Assembly (NCBI RefSeq): GCF_009914755.1
Contig: NC_060930.1
Reading direction: 5' to 3' (one strand)
From: the human T2T-CHM13v2.0 reference genome, Homo sapiens
Length of the DNA stretch: 64,000 bases
The position numbers and the translations under genes were made by a program. Below are positions 1 through 13,534 of the stretch, in pieces (the stretch's first letter is position 1; each line of letters begins with the position of its first letter). The notes under the pieces were generated by a model that was not told where the DNA came from, did not search any database, and worked only from the letters and a program-made list of their open reading frames with translations.

Positions 1-154
1 TGCTGTAGGATATATCTATTATCTTGACAATTGTTGGTGCTGCATATCTGCATCAATAATTCAAAATGGATATTCGATTAGGGTTGGTAGAAGCCCTCCC
101 AAGAGGAAATTTGTTTAACTTTTCCTAAATGTAAATTTTTGAAACCTATCTTTT

Positions 155-442
155 GGCCAGACACAGTGGCACATGCCTGTAATCCCAGTACTTTGGGAGG
201 CTCAGATGGTATGATCACTTGAGACCAGGAGTTTGAAACTAGTTTGGGCAACATAGGCTATCTCTACAAAAAAATAAATAGTTAGCCGGGTATAGTGCAG
301 CACCTGTGATCCCAGCTACTTGGGTGGCTGAGGAGGCAGGATTGCTTGATCCCAGATGGTCAAGGCTGCAGTGAGCCATGATGATATCACTGCACTTCAG
401 CCTAGCGACAGAGTAAGATTCTGTGAAAAAACAAAACAAAAC
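155..442 (+). mobile_element. AluJ-type SINE, full dimer
   Basis: GGCCAGACACAGTGGC..CCTGTAATCCCAG start, J-type right arm (GGTCAAGGCTGCAGTGAGCCATGAT), A-rich tail. Confidence 0.92.
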
Positions 443-1154
443 ATATTTTCAAAAATAATGTAGTTTTGGTTAAATGACAAACATTCATTTTTAAGGGACT
501 ACACTTCAAGTAATATTGTATAAAAGTATCCAAAATTTTGAGGAAGATGATAATTAGCAACATCACAGATGAAGGGAGAAAAAAATACATGAAAGATGTA
601 ATAATATCAAAAGGGCCAGAAAGCTAATATAAAAGATTGATATCAAAAATAACTTTTGAGATTCTTGAAGTTTAACAACTGTGGAATGATACAAGGAAAA
701 GTAGTGATAAATGTGGCAAGCTAATTCTTTATTATATTAAACTTCTGTGTAAAATAGAAAAAACAAAATTTCCAATAAGAATAATCATCTGATAACCTCT
801 GTCTACTATTTAGAAATATTTTAATAATTGAAAATTAAAAAAAAACTATGACTCAAACTAATAAAATACATGCATTACAAAAGCCAAATCCTGACTATGT
901 GCTTTAATAACATGGTGAATTTGATGGAATAAATATGCTATGAATGATTAATGTAATTGAATTACATGTATTTGATGTAGTAGTGAATATAGGCAGCTAC
1001 TACACATTGATTAGAAATAGTCCAATAATATTTAAACAAAAAAGATACAGAATTATACATTAAAAATGATAGATGGTAATACCCTAGAATATGCAAGCAT
1101 TTTAACCTAAAAATGGAAATGCATGGCCTTAGGTTTCTTTTCAATTTAAGTGTA

Positions 1155-1382
1155 AGGAAGAATAAATTCAAAAGATCTATTGTGCATCATGGTCACCATA
1201 ATCAATACAATAGATTATGAACATTGCTAAGAGAGTAGATGATAAGTACTCTAACCACAAAATTCATAAATATACGAGGTAATGCATGAGGTAATTAGTA
1301 TTATTTAGCTATTCCATGTGTACATATTTCAAAACATCACATTATATACCACAAATATATATATCTTTAATTAATTAAAATA
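1155..1382 (+). mobile_element. L1MA-type 3' end fragment
   Basis: ATTGCTAAGAGAGTAGAT..GAGGTAATGCAT..CATATTTCAAAACATCAC, typical of the L1MA 3' UTR. Confidence 0.75.
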
Positions 1383-1770
1383 TTCAGTTTAAGTCAAGTG
1401 TAATTCTTGGATCCCAGTCTGAACTTACGTCTCTCATATACCCTTTCATTCTATACTAGCCCTTTCTTTTGTCTGCTCCAAAACTAAATTCAGCTGAGGC
1501 TTCACTGTTGCTATATAGCTCATTGGTCATGGAGGCCTCGTTCTAACTGAACTGCTATACACAAGACAGTGAAAATCTTACACAAAACATAGCACAACCA
1601 ATCAATATTGTATGATTGAACTTGGACAACAAGTGGATGATACAGGGAAAGTAGCGATAACAATGGCAAGCTAGTTTTTTATTTCATTAAATGTATTGCT
1701 TTGTAAAACGAAAAAGAATTTCCACGAAGAAAGAATTATATATTATTTCATCCATTTGTCTCAGGCATTA

Positions 1771-4505
1771 AAACCCACAACCTCCCAAGATTAAACCAGG
1801 AAGAAAATGAAAACCTGACAAGACCAATAGCAACTTCCAAAATAGAATCAGTAATTAAAAAAACTTGCCACCCAAAACCAGTCCTGAAACAGAGGGATTC
1901 ACAGACAAATTCTACCAGATGTAAAAAGAACTGATACTAATCCTACCGAAATTATTCCCAAAAAATCAAGGAGCAAGGATTCCTCTTTAACTCATTATTT
2001 GAAGCAGGCATCATCCTGATATCAAAATCTGGCCAAGACACAATGAAAAAAGAAAACTTCAGGCCAATATCCCTAGTAAACATAGATGCAAAAATCTTCA
2101 ACAAAATACTAGCAAACTGAATACAGCAACACATCGAAAAGTTAATTCAACATGATCAAGTAGGCTTTATTCCTGGGATGCAAACTTGCTTCAACATATG
2201 CATATCAATAAATGTAATTCACTATACAAACACAATCAAAACCAAAAACCAAATGATCATCTTAATAGATGCAGAAAGAGTATTTGATAAAATCCAGCCT
2301 TCCTTCATGATAAAAACCCTCAACAGGCCATGCACTGGAGAAACATACCTCAAAATAATAAATGCAATCTATGAAAAACACATAGCCAATATTATACTGA
2401 ATAGGCAAAAACTGGAACCGCTTCCCATGATAAGTGGAAGAAGATAATAATGCCTACTCTTACCATTCCTATTTAATACAGCATGGGAAGTCTTAGCCAG
2501 AGCAATGAGAAAGAAATAAAAGGCATCCAAGTAGAAGGGAAAAAAGGTCAAACTATCCCTCTTTGCAGATGACATGACTCTATGTCTAGAAAACCCTAAA
2601 GACTCTTCCAAAAGGCTCTTGGAACTGATACACAACCTCAGTAAAGTTTCAGGATATAAAATCAATGTACAAAAATTAGTAGCATTTCTATACATCAATA
2701 ATAGTCTAGCTGAGAGCCAAATCAAGAGCACAATTCTATTTACAATAGTCACAACAAAAAGATAAAATATCTAAGAATAGAGCTAACCAAGGAGGTGACA
2801 GATCTCTACAAGGAAAACTAGAAGACCCTGCTGAAAGAAATCAGAGACAACACAAATAAATTTAAAAACATTCCATGCTGATTTGGAAGAATCAGTATCA
2901 TGAAAATGGCCATATTGCCCAAAGCATTTTACAGATTCAATATCCTTATACATATACCAACATCATTTTTCATATAATTAGAAAAAATCTATCCTAAAAT
3001 TTGTATGGCACCAAAAAAGAGCTCAAATAGCAAAAGCAATTCTAATCAAAAAAACAAACAAACAAAACAAACAAACAAAAACAAAGCCAGAGGCGTTGCA
3101 TTACTAAACTTCAAACTATACCATAAGGCCACAGTAACCAAAACAACATGATACTGGTACAAAAATAGACACCTAGGCCAATAGAATAGAATAAAAAACT
3201 CAAAAACAACCATCTGATTTATTTTTCACAAATAAACAATGAGAAAAGGACTTTTAGTCAATAAATGGTTCTGGGATAACTGGCAAGCCATATGCAGAAG
3301 AATAAATCTGGACTCCTATTTCTCACCATATACAAAGATTAGCTCAATATGGATTAAATATTTAAATAGAAGACTTTAAAATATACAAATCCTAGAAGAA
3401 AACCTAGGAAATATCCTTCTTCATGTTGGCTCTGGCAAATAATTTATGACTAAGTCTCAGAAGCAACTGCAACAAAAACAAAAACTGACAAGTGGGACCT
3501 ACATAAGCTAAAAAGTTTCTGTCAGAAGAAAAGAAAATAATCCTTACTAATAGGTTAAACTGACAGCCTAAAAAATGGGAGCAAATATTTTCAATCTATG
3601 CATCTGACAAATGTCTAATATCCAGAATCTATAAGGAAATTAAATCAACAAGCAAATAACCAATATTCCAATTCACAAATGGGCAAAGGGCATGAACAGA
3701 CACTTTTCAAAAGAAAACGTACAAGTGGCTAATAAACATATGAAAAAGTGCTCATCACCACTAAGCATAAGGAAAATGAAAATCAAAACCACAATGAGAT
3801 AGATACCATCTCACACTAGTAAGAATAGCAATTATTAAAAAATAAAACATAGCAGAAGCTGGCAAGGCTGTGGGGAAAAGGGACCACTTATACAGTGTTG
3901 GTGGGAATGAAAATTAGTTCAGCCACTATCAAAAAAATCTGTTCAGAGATTTCTCAAGTAACCTAAAATAAACCTACCATTTGACCCAGTAATTTCGTTA
4001 CTGGTTATATATTCAAAGGAAAAATAATTCATTCTATCAAAAAGACACATGCACCACAGAACTATTCACAACAGCAAAGAGATAAATCAATCTAGCTGTC
4101 CATCAATGGTGGACTGGATAATGAAAACGTAGTATATATATATGCCATGGAACACTACATAGCTATAAAAAAGAAAAGAATCATCTCCTTTAGAGCAACA
4201 TGGATTCAGCTGGAGGTCATTATCCTAAGTGAATTAATGCAGTAAGAGAAAACCAAATACCACATATTCTCACTGATAAGTGGGAGCTAAACATTATAAC
4301 ATGTAGACATAAATATGGGAACAACAGAAAATGGGGACTACTAGATGGGGAGTGAGAGGGGTGTGTGAGTTGATTAAACACTTATTGACTACTATTATTA
4401 GCACCTGGGTGATGGGACCACTCATATCCCAAACCTCAGCATCAAGCAAAATGTACTCATGTAATAACATTGCACATGTACCACCTGAATCCAAAATAAA
4501 AAAAG
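1771..4505 (+). mobile_element. 5'-truncated old primate L1 (L1PA13-17-like): decayed ORF2 RT region plus 3' UTR
   Basis: ORF fragments 2178-2447 and 2574-2765 resemble L1 ORF2 RT ([15 protein letters not shown]; [27 protein letters not shown]); 3' UTR ends in AATAAA/A-run. Confidence 0.92.
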
Positions 4506-5034
4506 ACTTCTGTTCAAACAAAACTTGGTCTGAAAGAATAAGTATGCTTTACCATTGTCAGTCACAAATGTCTTAGCTAGAATTACTTTCTAATGAGATA
4601 TTAGGGAAGAGAACATAAGGGAAAATCATTTTGATAAAAAGAAGAAATAGAGGAAAGTTGAGACCATTTAGATTAAATCAAAAATCCACTCTGAGATCCT
4701 CAGCCAGATGGTTGGATAGGGTAGCCAATGCAGGGTTTTGGGAGTGGTGATGGTAAAAAACAAAACAAACAAATGAACAAGTAAATGTATATGATTAGTT
4801 AGAAATGACAAACAAATAAATGTATATGATTAGTTAGAAATGATGAAAGTAGAACCTTATGTGAAGTCTCAGAGTAAAATTACTATAAACATGTTGTATC
4901 ACTGTGTATGCCAGGTTACTTTGCACTTTGTAGCATCATGAAATGAATAAAATATTTTGACTCATTTTTCATACAAAGTATGGGATTTGAGCAAAATAAT
5001 ATCTAAGGTTTTTTTATTACATATTTATTTAATA

Positions 5035-5150
5035 ACACATTCATTAATTCATAATTTCCTGAGGACCTACTATGCAAGAAACTATATTAAAAATTTGATA
5101 TGAAACGTAAATAATTTGTCCTCAGTCCCTTAGTCACTAACAACTAACTG
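5035..5150 (-). mobile_element. L2 3' fragment
   Basis: CATTCATTAATTCA..GAGGACCTACTATG, resembles the antisense L2 tail; heavily diverged. Confidence 0.4.
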
Positions 5151-5510
5151 TGGGTAAGTCGTGTAAAGACAGATAATTTTCTCCCATTGCAATAAAAGTG
5201 GTAAGAAATAAAAGCGTTAATAATCCCATGGAATATCATTGTAAATAATCATAAACAATTTGACAGATCTATATGTATGTAGTGATTTTGAAGATGGATT
5301 ATGGTGTGGATCTTATTTTCCATTAATAGAAACATTAAATTGTATGCTTTTACACTAGTAAGTTATATCAGTACCCTAGCTACGAATCACTGTTAAATAT
5401 TCTTGGAAGGCATGAGGCCAAAAATTAAAATAAGGTAATAATATTATTTTGCGTGGAATACACAACTGAGACCTGAGATTCAGCAGGCATTTGCACTAAT
5501 TGCAAAGGGT

Positions 5511-5670
5511 AGAAGAACGAGAAGGAAAAGAAGAAAGAAGGAAGATTAAGAGAGAAAGAGGAGGAGGAAGAGGAGCAGGAGCAGGAGGAGGAGGAGGAGG
5601 AGAAGCAGAAGCAGAAGCAGAAGCAGAAGCAGAAGCAGTAGAAGAAGAAGAGAAGGACGAGAACGAGGAG
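5511..5670. repeat. Compound purine-rich microsatellite, (GAG)n/(GAAGCA)n/(GAA)n
   Basis: Directly visible; explains low-complexity ORFs at 5425-5734. Confidence 0.95.
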
Positions 5671-7860
5671 ACGGACCACCATTCTTAATATGGTGCATAA
5701 AAAGAAATTTAACTCCAACTGGATTTTCTACCACTCTTGCTTTTAAAAGTATAATTGATACTACTTAAAAGATTGCCAACATCCCTTTATTTAATGAACA
5801 TTTACTGATCACCTGTAAAGACAAACTATTTTAAATTATATTTGTGCTGAAATTCAATATTTAATCCGGGTAGACAAATCAACTTATATCCAAATATTCT
5901 ACTATAATAATAGCAAAATCGGAAAGGAGTAAAAATAGTATCAACCAAATTGCTTTGGGCATATAGCCTTTAAGATGGGTGAAATTTTGATAAAACCTCA
6001 GTTATTAATGTACAGAAAATAACAGTAATAAACAAGGGTTCCTTACTCTACTTATTTTGGCAGCTCAACTTTAAAATATATCCAGAGTTATTAAGGTTTT
6101 GTACAAAAATCATCCTATATTTAGTAATAACATTTGTGAAAGCAGTTATGCATATTCATTACCTGAAACTTGTGCCTTGTTTTTTATTCATTCACACAGT
6201 GAATGAAAAAACATTTAGTCAAATTTAGAACCTTCATCATCACAGGGTCAAATCTAGGTATGCAATGATTTGATGCCTTGATACTTCTGTGCAAAGAATT
6301 AAAGAATATGATTTTATTGGAGTCAGACTATATGCTGCTTTTCAAAGTTCTGGTTAGGTGATAGAAACAGTAATGCATTTTACTTTATTTTACATCAGTT
6401 TTGTAATATTTTTTCTTGTACTGTCTATGTTGTTTTAACCTAACTAGTAACATTTTATCACCATGTCTTTATAAGCACTTTTGAAATTAAATGATATTAT
6501 TAATATATTTTAAAAATAGAGTGAAAGTTATCCTGCCTTCTTAAAATTAACTGTCATTACATTTTCTTCAATGAAGACTTTGAAAAATTTTAACTAACTT
6601 CAAGTGCCATAATGCTTTGAGGAAATATTAAGGCGTATGGGTCTTTTTGCCCCAGTTGAGTTTATAAATTGCGATTCATATGCTTCTGTTTCTACTCCCT
6701 TTGAAAGCTACTTGTTCAGAGTCAATTTCTTTCACTATCTGCTTCTCTCTGCCTTTTAAACTGAAGAGATGGAAGTTGGGCAGATCCGATAACCGAACAC
6801 GTCAATTCAGCAGGCTTATTATTAAAATAATGCTAAGTAATAGACTCTATTTTGTGGGTAAAAGTGTAACAGTTTTATGCTTCTCTTGCACAAGGTTTGT
6901 GATGGCCAGTTATCCGCTGCTTAGAGATATTTTCTGTGATAATTATAGGTCTCTAACTTTGTTCCAGGTGATACATACTGACGGATGTTTGATTAGCAGA
7001 TAAGTAAGACATGGTCACAGAAAATCAATGGATTTTACAAGTACCAGTGAATTATACATTCTTAATAAATTACGAAGGACAGAGATGAAGAGAATCAGAC
7101 CCATAAAATTTCTTTAAAAATCAGAACATACATGCTTTGTTGCTTTATCTCTGTTAATATCTTCATTTGAAAGTGACGAGATAAATCATATTGCAAAAAA
7201 ATGAATAAGGTACAGAAAACTCTGGCTAATAGGATTAAAGAATTATGTTTAGCATATGAATTTATGTATATTTATGTATTTGTTCATATATCTACACCTA
7301 TATATAATTCATACTGATGGAGTAGGAGGATGCATAAATGGACTCATCTTAAACTAAACATAAAGAAAACTCTGCTTGCAATGATCTGCCTGCTTTTCAT
7401 TTATCACTGCATGCCATGTTTGGTTTCAGTGGTGACCCTCATAGTTCAGCATGTAGTACTGACAACACTTTAAGCCCATATTAGCCGAGTCACCTCTGCA
7501 AGTAGTTGTTTGAATGTAGGCTTACAAATGAAACATTCACTCACTTATAGCCTTTTACTGTCTCTGTCACTCTGCAATAAGTAATCCAGTAACTCTTTTA
7601 CACTCACAAACTTTAATAGCCAAATATAAATGGGCCAGACTTGAAAAGTCTCCTTTGTCATGTAAATCTAGGAAGCAGGCAGTATTTTTAAATGACACTT
7701 TCATGTTAATTACAACAAAGTGCAACTAATTTACTTTTTAAGAAGAAAATAAGGGTGGATTAGTTCAACTTGTAAATAAAATAATACTTTATGATATGAC
7801 ATTTAAATAATAAAATTTATGTACTTTATAACTTCAAATTTAATTGAATAGATATAAAAT

Positions 7861-7888
7861 ATATACATATATATATACACACACACAC
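7861..7888. repeat. (TA)n(CA)n microsatellite
   Basis: Directly visible. Confidence 0.85.
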
Positions 7889-8571
7889 TTTAGTGTTTTT
7901 CATAGCACCGTACTTAGTTACTATCTTTTTTGAGGCAAAGAAGCAAAAGTATGTATTTTATCATGATCATATTAATTTATGTTTTAAACATATCTAGAAT
8001 AAGTTGATTTCAGTAATTTAAAAATACACTTTAATCTTGATCAAATTTGCTGATTTTTGTTCTGCTCAAATTGTGATTTTTAAAAAAAGTCTGAAAAGAT
8101 ATTGTTTTTAATCTATATATTCTGGACATCTTATTTACATGACTTCTGATTGGTAGGATGGCTCAGTCAATGGAAATTTTAGAATTTGTGGTACTCCTAA
8201 AAAAGATATTGTAATACTTGTGAGTTATTTTAAGGTTTATTATAAGGTGTGAAAGTCATATGGATAGAAAAATTTATGTAACAGTGGGTCTGCTTGCTTT
8301 ATCTACTGCAATTTCCCCAGTCTTTTATGCAACTTAATTTTCCCTTATAATTCTATCTATATTTATTCATTATTATGTATTACATATTTATTTTCTGACT
8401 CTCCTATTGGCATGAAAGCTGTTTTATTTCTCTATTATATGCCCTATATGTGATTGATCAATAGAATATACTAAATAATTATTAGAATAATGGCAATTGT
8501 TTAACAAAAATAATTAGCAAACAATGACTATTGTGTCATTTTGTCCTCTGTTTTGTTTTGATTCACATGTC

Positions 8572-8576
8572 TGTGT

Positions 8577-8607
<31 letters not shown>

Positions 8608-8620
8608 CATGTTTGTGTGT
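8572..8620. repeat. (TG)n microsatellite
   Basis: Directly visible, few interruptions. Confidence 0.95.
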
Positions 8621-9792
8621 AGTAACTTGCAGCCAGGAATTTAATTTCAGTGTTGACTTTGCACTTAGCATATGTCTATCAAAAAGAATGTACATCTAGA
8701 TTACTTTCATAGACACATTTATCTTTTATAATCCATAATTATGAGATTGAAAAACATTAGGAATTTTTGACAGTAGTTTGGAATGATATTAGTACAATGT
8801 AAATATTGTAATTATAGTAGTTGTAATTGAAATTAATTCATTCTTTGCATTTGTTTGACAGCTCTTGTTTTAGCTTAAAACACACTAAATAATATGTTTT
8901 GCATTAATGGAAAGAGAAACCCTTTATCCTATTCTTTCCAAGCTCATCACAGTTGTTTCTCTTTGATCCAGACTTTCTAGTTATATAATGGTTAAAGATG
9001 AATACATTGGAAACTGATAGGTATCAAGATAAAAAATTCAGATAGAAGGAAATTAGAGAGCAACATTCTCCTAAGCCTGTCTTCTTAAATTCTTTTTGAC
9101 CACCTGTAAGTAGAAGGCACTCTTCAGACGAGCCTAAGAAATGTGTTGCAATAGCTCTACAAGTCCCCTTGGAATTAACTATCAGAAAATGCTAAGGAAA
9201 GTCAACAGTAATTCAGTCTGTGAAACCAGGCCTGTGACTTTGAAAGCATTTTCAGTGTTAACGTTCTACTTTTCATGTATTTGAACAGATTCTCTGGGAT
9301 GTAGTATGAATTTGCCTTTATTTTTTTAAATGGCATTTTCACTAGTGACACCATATAGACAACATACCCTTTTCGCCCTGCTTCAAAAGGGCAATACATT
9401 CTGCCATTCTGAAAATGACTAGTGCATTGTGTATGTATTAGTCGAATAAGGTCTGTTTTTCGATATTAGACAAAAATAAGGGAAAATGGGGATTGAGCAA
9501 AAGGCTAAAAATATTCATGTGGAATATCCAAGGTCATGCTTATAGTAAGGCAGTATTGACACAGGTAAAAAATAATCCATGACAGTTTAGTTTGAGAAGA
9601 AAGTTTTCTCTATTCCATTCTGTCAACTTGAACTACACAGCCCAATTGAATATGTTTAAAATCAAACTAATATTTGGATGACTATGCTGAGGTCCTCATT
9701 ACAAGAGAATAGGACTGCCACTGATACCTTACTGTGTGTGAGTATGGGTGTAGATAAATATTTAGAAAGTATGTGTATTTATGTATGAAAAC

Positions 9793-9987
9793 ACATATGT
9801 ATACATGTATATACATATGCATGCATGCATGTATATACATATATACATACATGCATGCATGTATATACATATATACATACATGCATGCATGTATATACAT
9901 ATATACATACATGCGTATGTATATACATATATACATACATGCGTATGTATATACATTATGTATATACATACGCATGTATGTATATAT
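9793..9987. repeat. 28-30 bp alternating purine-pyrimidine minisatellite (ATATACATACATGCATGCATGTATATACAT)
   Basis: Two identical 30-mers at 9841-9900 with variant units on both sides. Confidence 0.92.
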
Positions 9988-10153
9988 GAATAGGTATATG
10001 AATCTCTGTGTAGACAAATAATAAATAATAGGAGAATGTAAACGTAATAGGAAGGATAAATGAATGAGAAAAAAGTCTTTGGGTATTATATTCTATTATT
10101 TGTACCATTGTGGAAAAAGTTGCTGGGTTTAGTTGTTCTTCATTTAGAAAGCA

Positions 10154-10159
<6 letters not shown>

Positions 10160-10200
<41 letters not shown>

Positions 10201-10501
10201 CTTATTTATTTTGAGACAGAGTCTCGCTCTGTTGCCCAAGCTGGAGTGCATGGAGTGCAGTGGTGCGATCTTGGCTCACTGCAACCTCCGCCTCCTCGGT
10301 TCAAGCGATTCTTCTGCCTCAGTCTCCCGAGTAGCTAGGATTACAGGCCCGTGCAACCATGCCTGGCTAATTTTTGGTATTTTTAGTAGAGACGGGGTTT
10401 CACCATGTTAGCCAGGATGGTCTCCATCTCCTGACCTTGTGATCCACCCTTCTTGGCCTCCCAAAGTGCTGGGATTACAGGCTGAGCCACCACGCCCAGC
10501 C
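10160..10501 (-). mobile_element. AluS (Sc-like) with (TTTA)n tail
   Basis: Antisense Alu dimer; TTAGCCAGGATGGTCTC..GACCTTGTGATCC diagnostic; internal 9-bp duplication TGGAGTGCA. Confidence 0.92.
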
Positions 10502-12434
10502 ATCTCATTTATTATTTAAGGATGATTGACTAATGAAAAGCCATGCCCCCAATCAGTATCAATTTATTCACATTTTAAAGCAATGTTTGAAAGTATTAAC
10601 TCAATTCTACCTGTTTTGAAATGAGAAATTTGCTGAAATCGATTTGATAATCCCTACTTACTAAAACACATGTTGAGAAATGATTTCCCACATATCTGTG
10701 TATTACATAGCTTCTAATTTAATGTTGATGACTTTGACAGCCTTCTAGAGATAAGAAGAAAATCTTCATTATTTAATATAGTTAGTTCTTTGCTTGTGTG
10801 TGTGTGTGTTTCCTTGTACATGAACATAATCTCCATGACAAAAAGTAGAACAAGAATTCCATATGCTATTTATATTTATAAACTCAAAAAACTTTTATGA
10901 ATATACATTTAAGCTATCTTTTTACTATATAATTAATTGAAGCTAATTATTATTATTATTATTGTTATTATTATTATTTTGAATGATTTGTCATTTTAGG
11001 CACCATACTAACATATGTTTCTTCCGTTTTATTTTATTCTGGTTCAAATTATATATTATATGATTATCTCATGCTAAATAGATCTATTAAAATTTTCTTC
11101 CTACACTTTGAGAAATTCCAAGGCGAAACCATAGAATTTCAAGATTAAATCCAATGCTGTCGTAATTTAATTTGCTTGGTTGTGACCTTTATTTTTAAGG
11201 ATAAATTTTAGTACTTTCCTGTCATGTAAACTTTTATTTTATTAAATGTAATTCACTAAAAATTGAGAAACAAAATATTATTTGGAGGTACATAATTTGT
11301 ATATTTTTATTACAAATTTCTAATAATTTTTGAACCAAAATTTAGACTATTATTTAATTAGATGTTTTGTTACCATTGTAGATCATTAGTTATTTTATGA
11401 AGAAGTTTTTAAAGTCTCAAATGTTTTTGAAATTCAATCAATGTTAGGCAGCACAAAGAGAATGTACAATCTCATATAATATAGTATATTTTCTATTCAA
11501 TATCAGCTTTGTCCAAAATGGTACAGTTCAGTGACTCAATACAGGTGAGTTTGTAAATTTGACAATTACAGCACCAAACTCTTTTGTCACACTTATTTTA
11601 GACATAATTTTCAAGTATGTGTGTGCCATAACCCAGTGCAACTACATTTCTGGTCCGTAAGTTTCTTAACAAGAAACTTTTTACCACAATGTTGTATTTT
11701 CTAAAATTTATATTCATTATAATAATATCAATATAAAAACAAAAACATTATCTTAAATGTCAAGTGTTTAACTGAATTTACATCAGTGTCAAATGTTTCC
11801 CAGTGGATTTTCAACATTTTGCTTTAATTTTTCAAATTTGAGGTACAATTAAAATTAGATTTTGGTGTGGGCTGCCTCTTCTTCTAGGGATGATATACAA
11901 ATATATTAGACTTTTTGCTCTTGTCCCAAAATAGATCAGATTTTGATTTTACTTTTTTCATTTGCTTATTTTATCTCATATTTATGCTTAATATTTTGTA
12001 AATTATGAATTTATTAGCAGTCTTTAATTACCTTTGCTTTGTTTTTATTGTCTTGCACTTTCCAGAATCCTGGTCAATTAATATGTTAAAGTAGTTGTAA
12101 CTTTAAATGTCACTTACTTGTTTGTGAATAGCCAAAGAACAATGTGTATAGTATTTTCCCAGTATATTTAATCAGCCTCAGTCTGTAGAGATTGAGTGGA
12201 GTAGAATTTTTTATTTTAATACCTATATATTTCATTCATAAGGATGTAAGAAAATATTTTCTTATCAATTAATACATTAGTTTCAGTAAACAAATAGAAT
12301 TTACATTCTATTGGGCAAATAAACCTAAATTAACTTGTCAACAGCAAGAATGGTTGTTAACAAATATAGCAGTAATTCAATTGCTGAATGAGCAGTGACT
12401 CTAAATATTTTTTAATTTACTATTATTGTTATTA

Positions 12435-12556
12435 TTTTTTTAAAGATTGGTTCTTGCTATATTTCTCAGGCTGGACTCCAATTCCGGGGCTTAAATAATC
12501 CTCCTGCCTCAGCTTCCCGATTAGCTGGCCCTACAGGCACATTCCGTAGCAGCCAG
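12435..12556 (-). mobile_element. FLAM-type Alu monomer
   Basis: TCTTGCTATATTTCTCAGGCTGG..AATCCTCCTGCCTCAGCTTCCCGA; single diverged monomer. Confidence 0.75.
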
Positions 12557-13534
12557 ATTGACTCTACATTCTATAAAGAAACTTATACCATTGCTTTTAG
12601 ATTGACCTCATCATGGCATGTGGCTCAGTGCCTGTTTAACCACAGTGAGCTGAAGCTCTTAGCTGCAGTAACTATGTTACAGAAATTAGACTAATGTGAG
12701 TTGGCCGAGAAAGAGTGAGTTCATCCTGTTATCCATGGTGGAAGGGGAGGGGGTTGGGGGGCACTCAGATGTGGGGATTCTGGACTGAGAACTTTGAAAG
12801 GTAGTGAGAACTAGGGAAGACATAAAGTTAAAAGGCCTGTAATACCAAGATTTATATAAATTATTTATTTTGAAAATAAATTAGTGTTCATTTGCACATT
12901 GTTCTGAATATCAATATTAGAAACCTATTAAGCTATGATAACGCCATCTTTGTCAAGACAACTCATATTTGAGAAGAGATTAATCAAGACCAAGTAACGG
13001 GTACTCCTTTCCACCATCAAGTTGGCATTTGCAAAAGCCTCTTCTTACCTAGGTTGGAAATGAACACCGGGAGGAGAAATTTAATTCCTGAATCAAAACT
13101 CCCCAATAACTAAGGGATCATAGAATGATTTATTTTACAATGAAGTGACTATATTGGCTTTATACATCAAACAGAAAGAGGGCTTAAAGTCAGAAAATAA
13201 ATTGAATATTGAAAAAAAGTAAAGTTATATTTCTTTGCACAAACAAGGTAACTATATATATTTATACTCATTGCAATTAATCAACTTTCCTTATTCTAAA
13301 ATGCCTTAGATTGCAAGATAATTCATGAATTTACTTACTACTATGTTAAATTTGACCTGAGCTGTAATATGCATCTCAATTTTAGTAACTTTACAATGTG
13401 AAAAAGAAGAGATATAGAATTTTGAAAACATAGCATTTCTTTGAACATAAAAAATATGTTGCAAGTCACCCAAAGGGAAATTTATCTTTACAAAACTATA
13501 ATTATTGTTGATATTATTAGTATCTAGGTAGGGG

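Noticed and set aside
6680-7003. 107-aa ORF as a protein-coding gene
   Set aside because: No recognisable domain, promoter or exon chain; the length is attainable by chance
9682-10021. Y/M/I/H/C-rich ORFs (also 28411-28930)
   Set aside because: Translations of TA/CA-type simple repeats that lack stop codons
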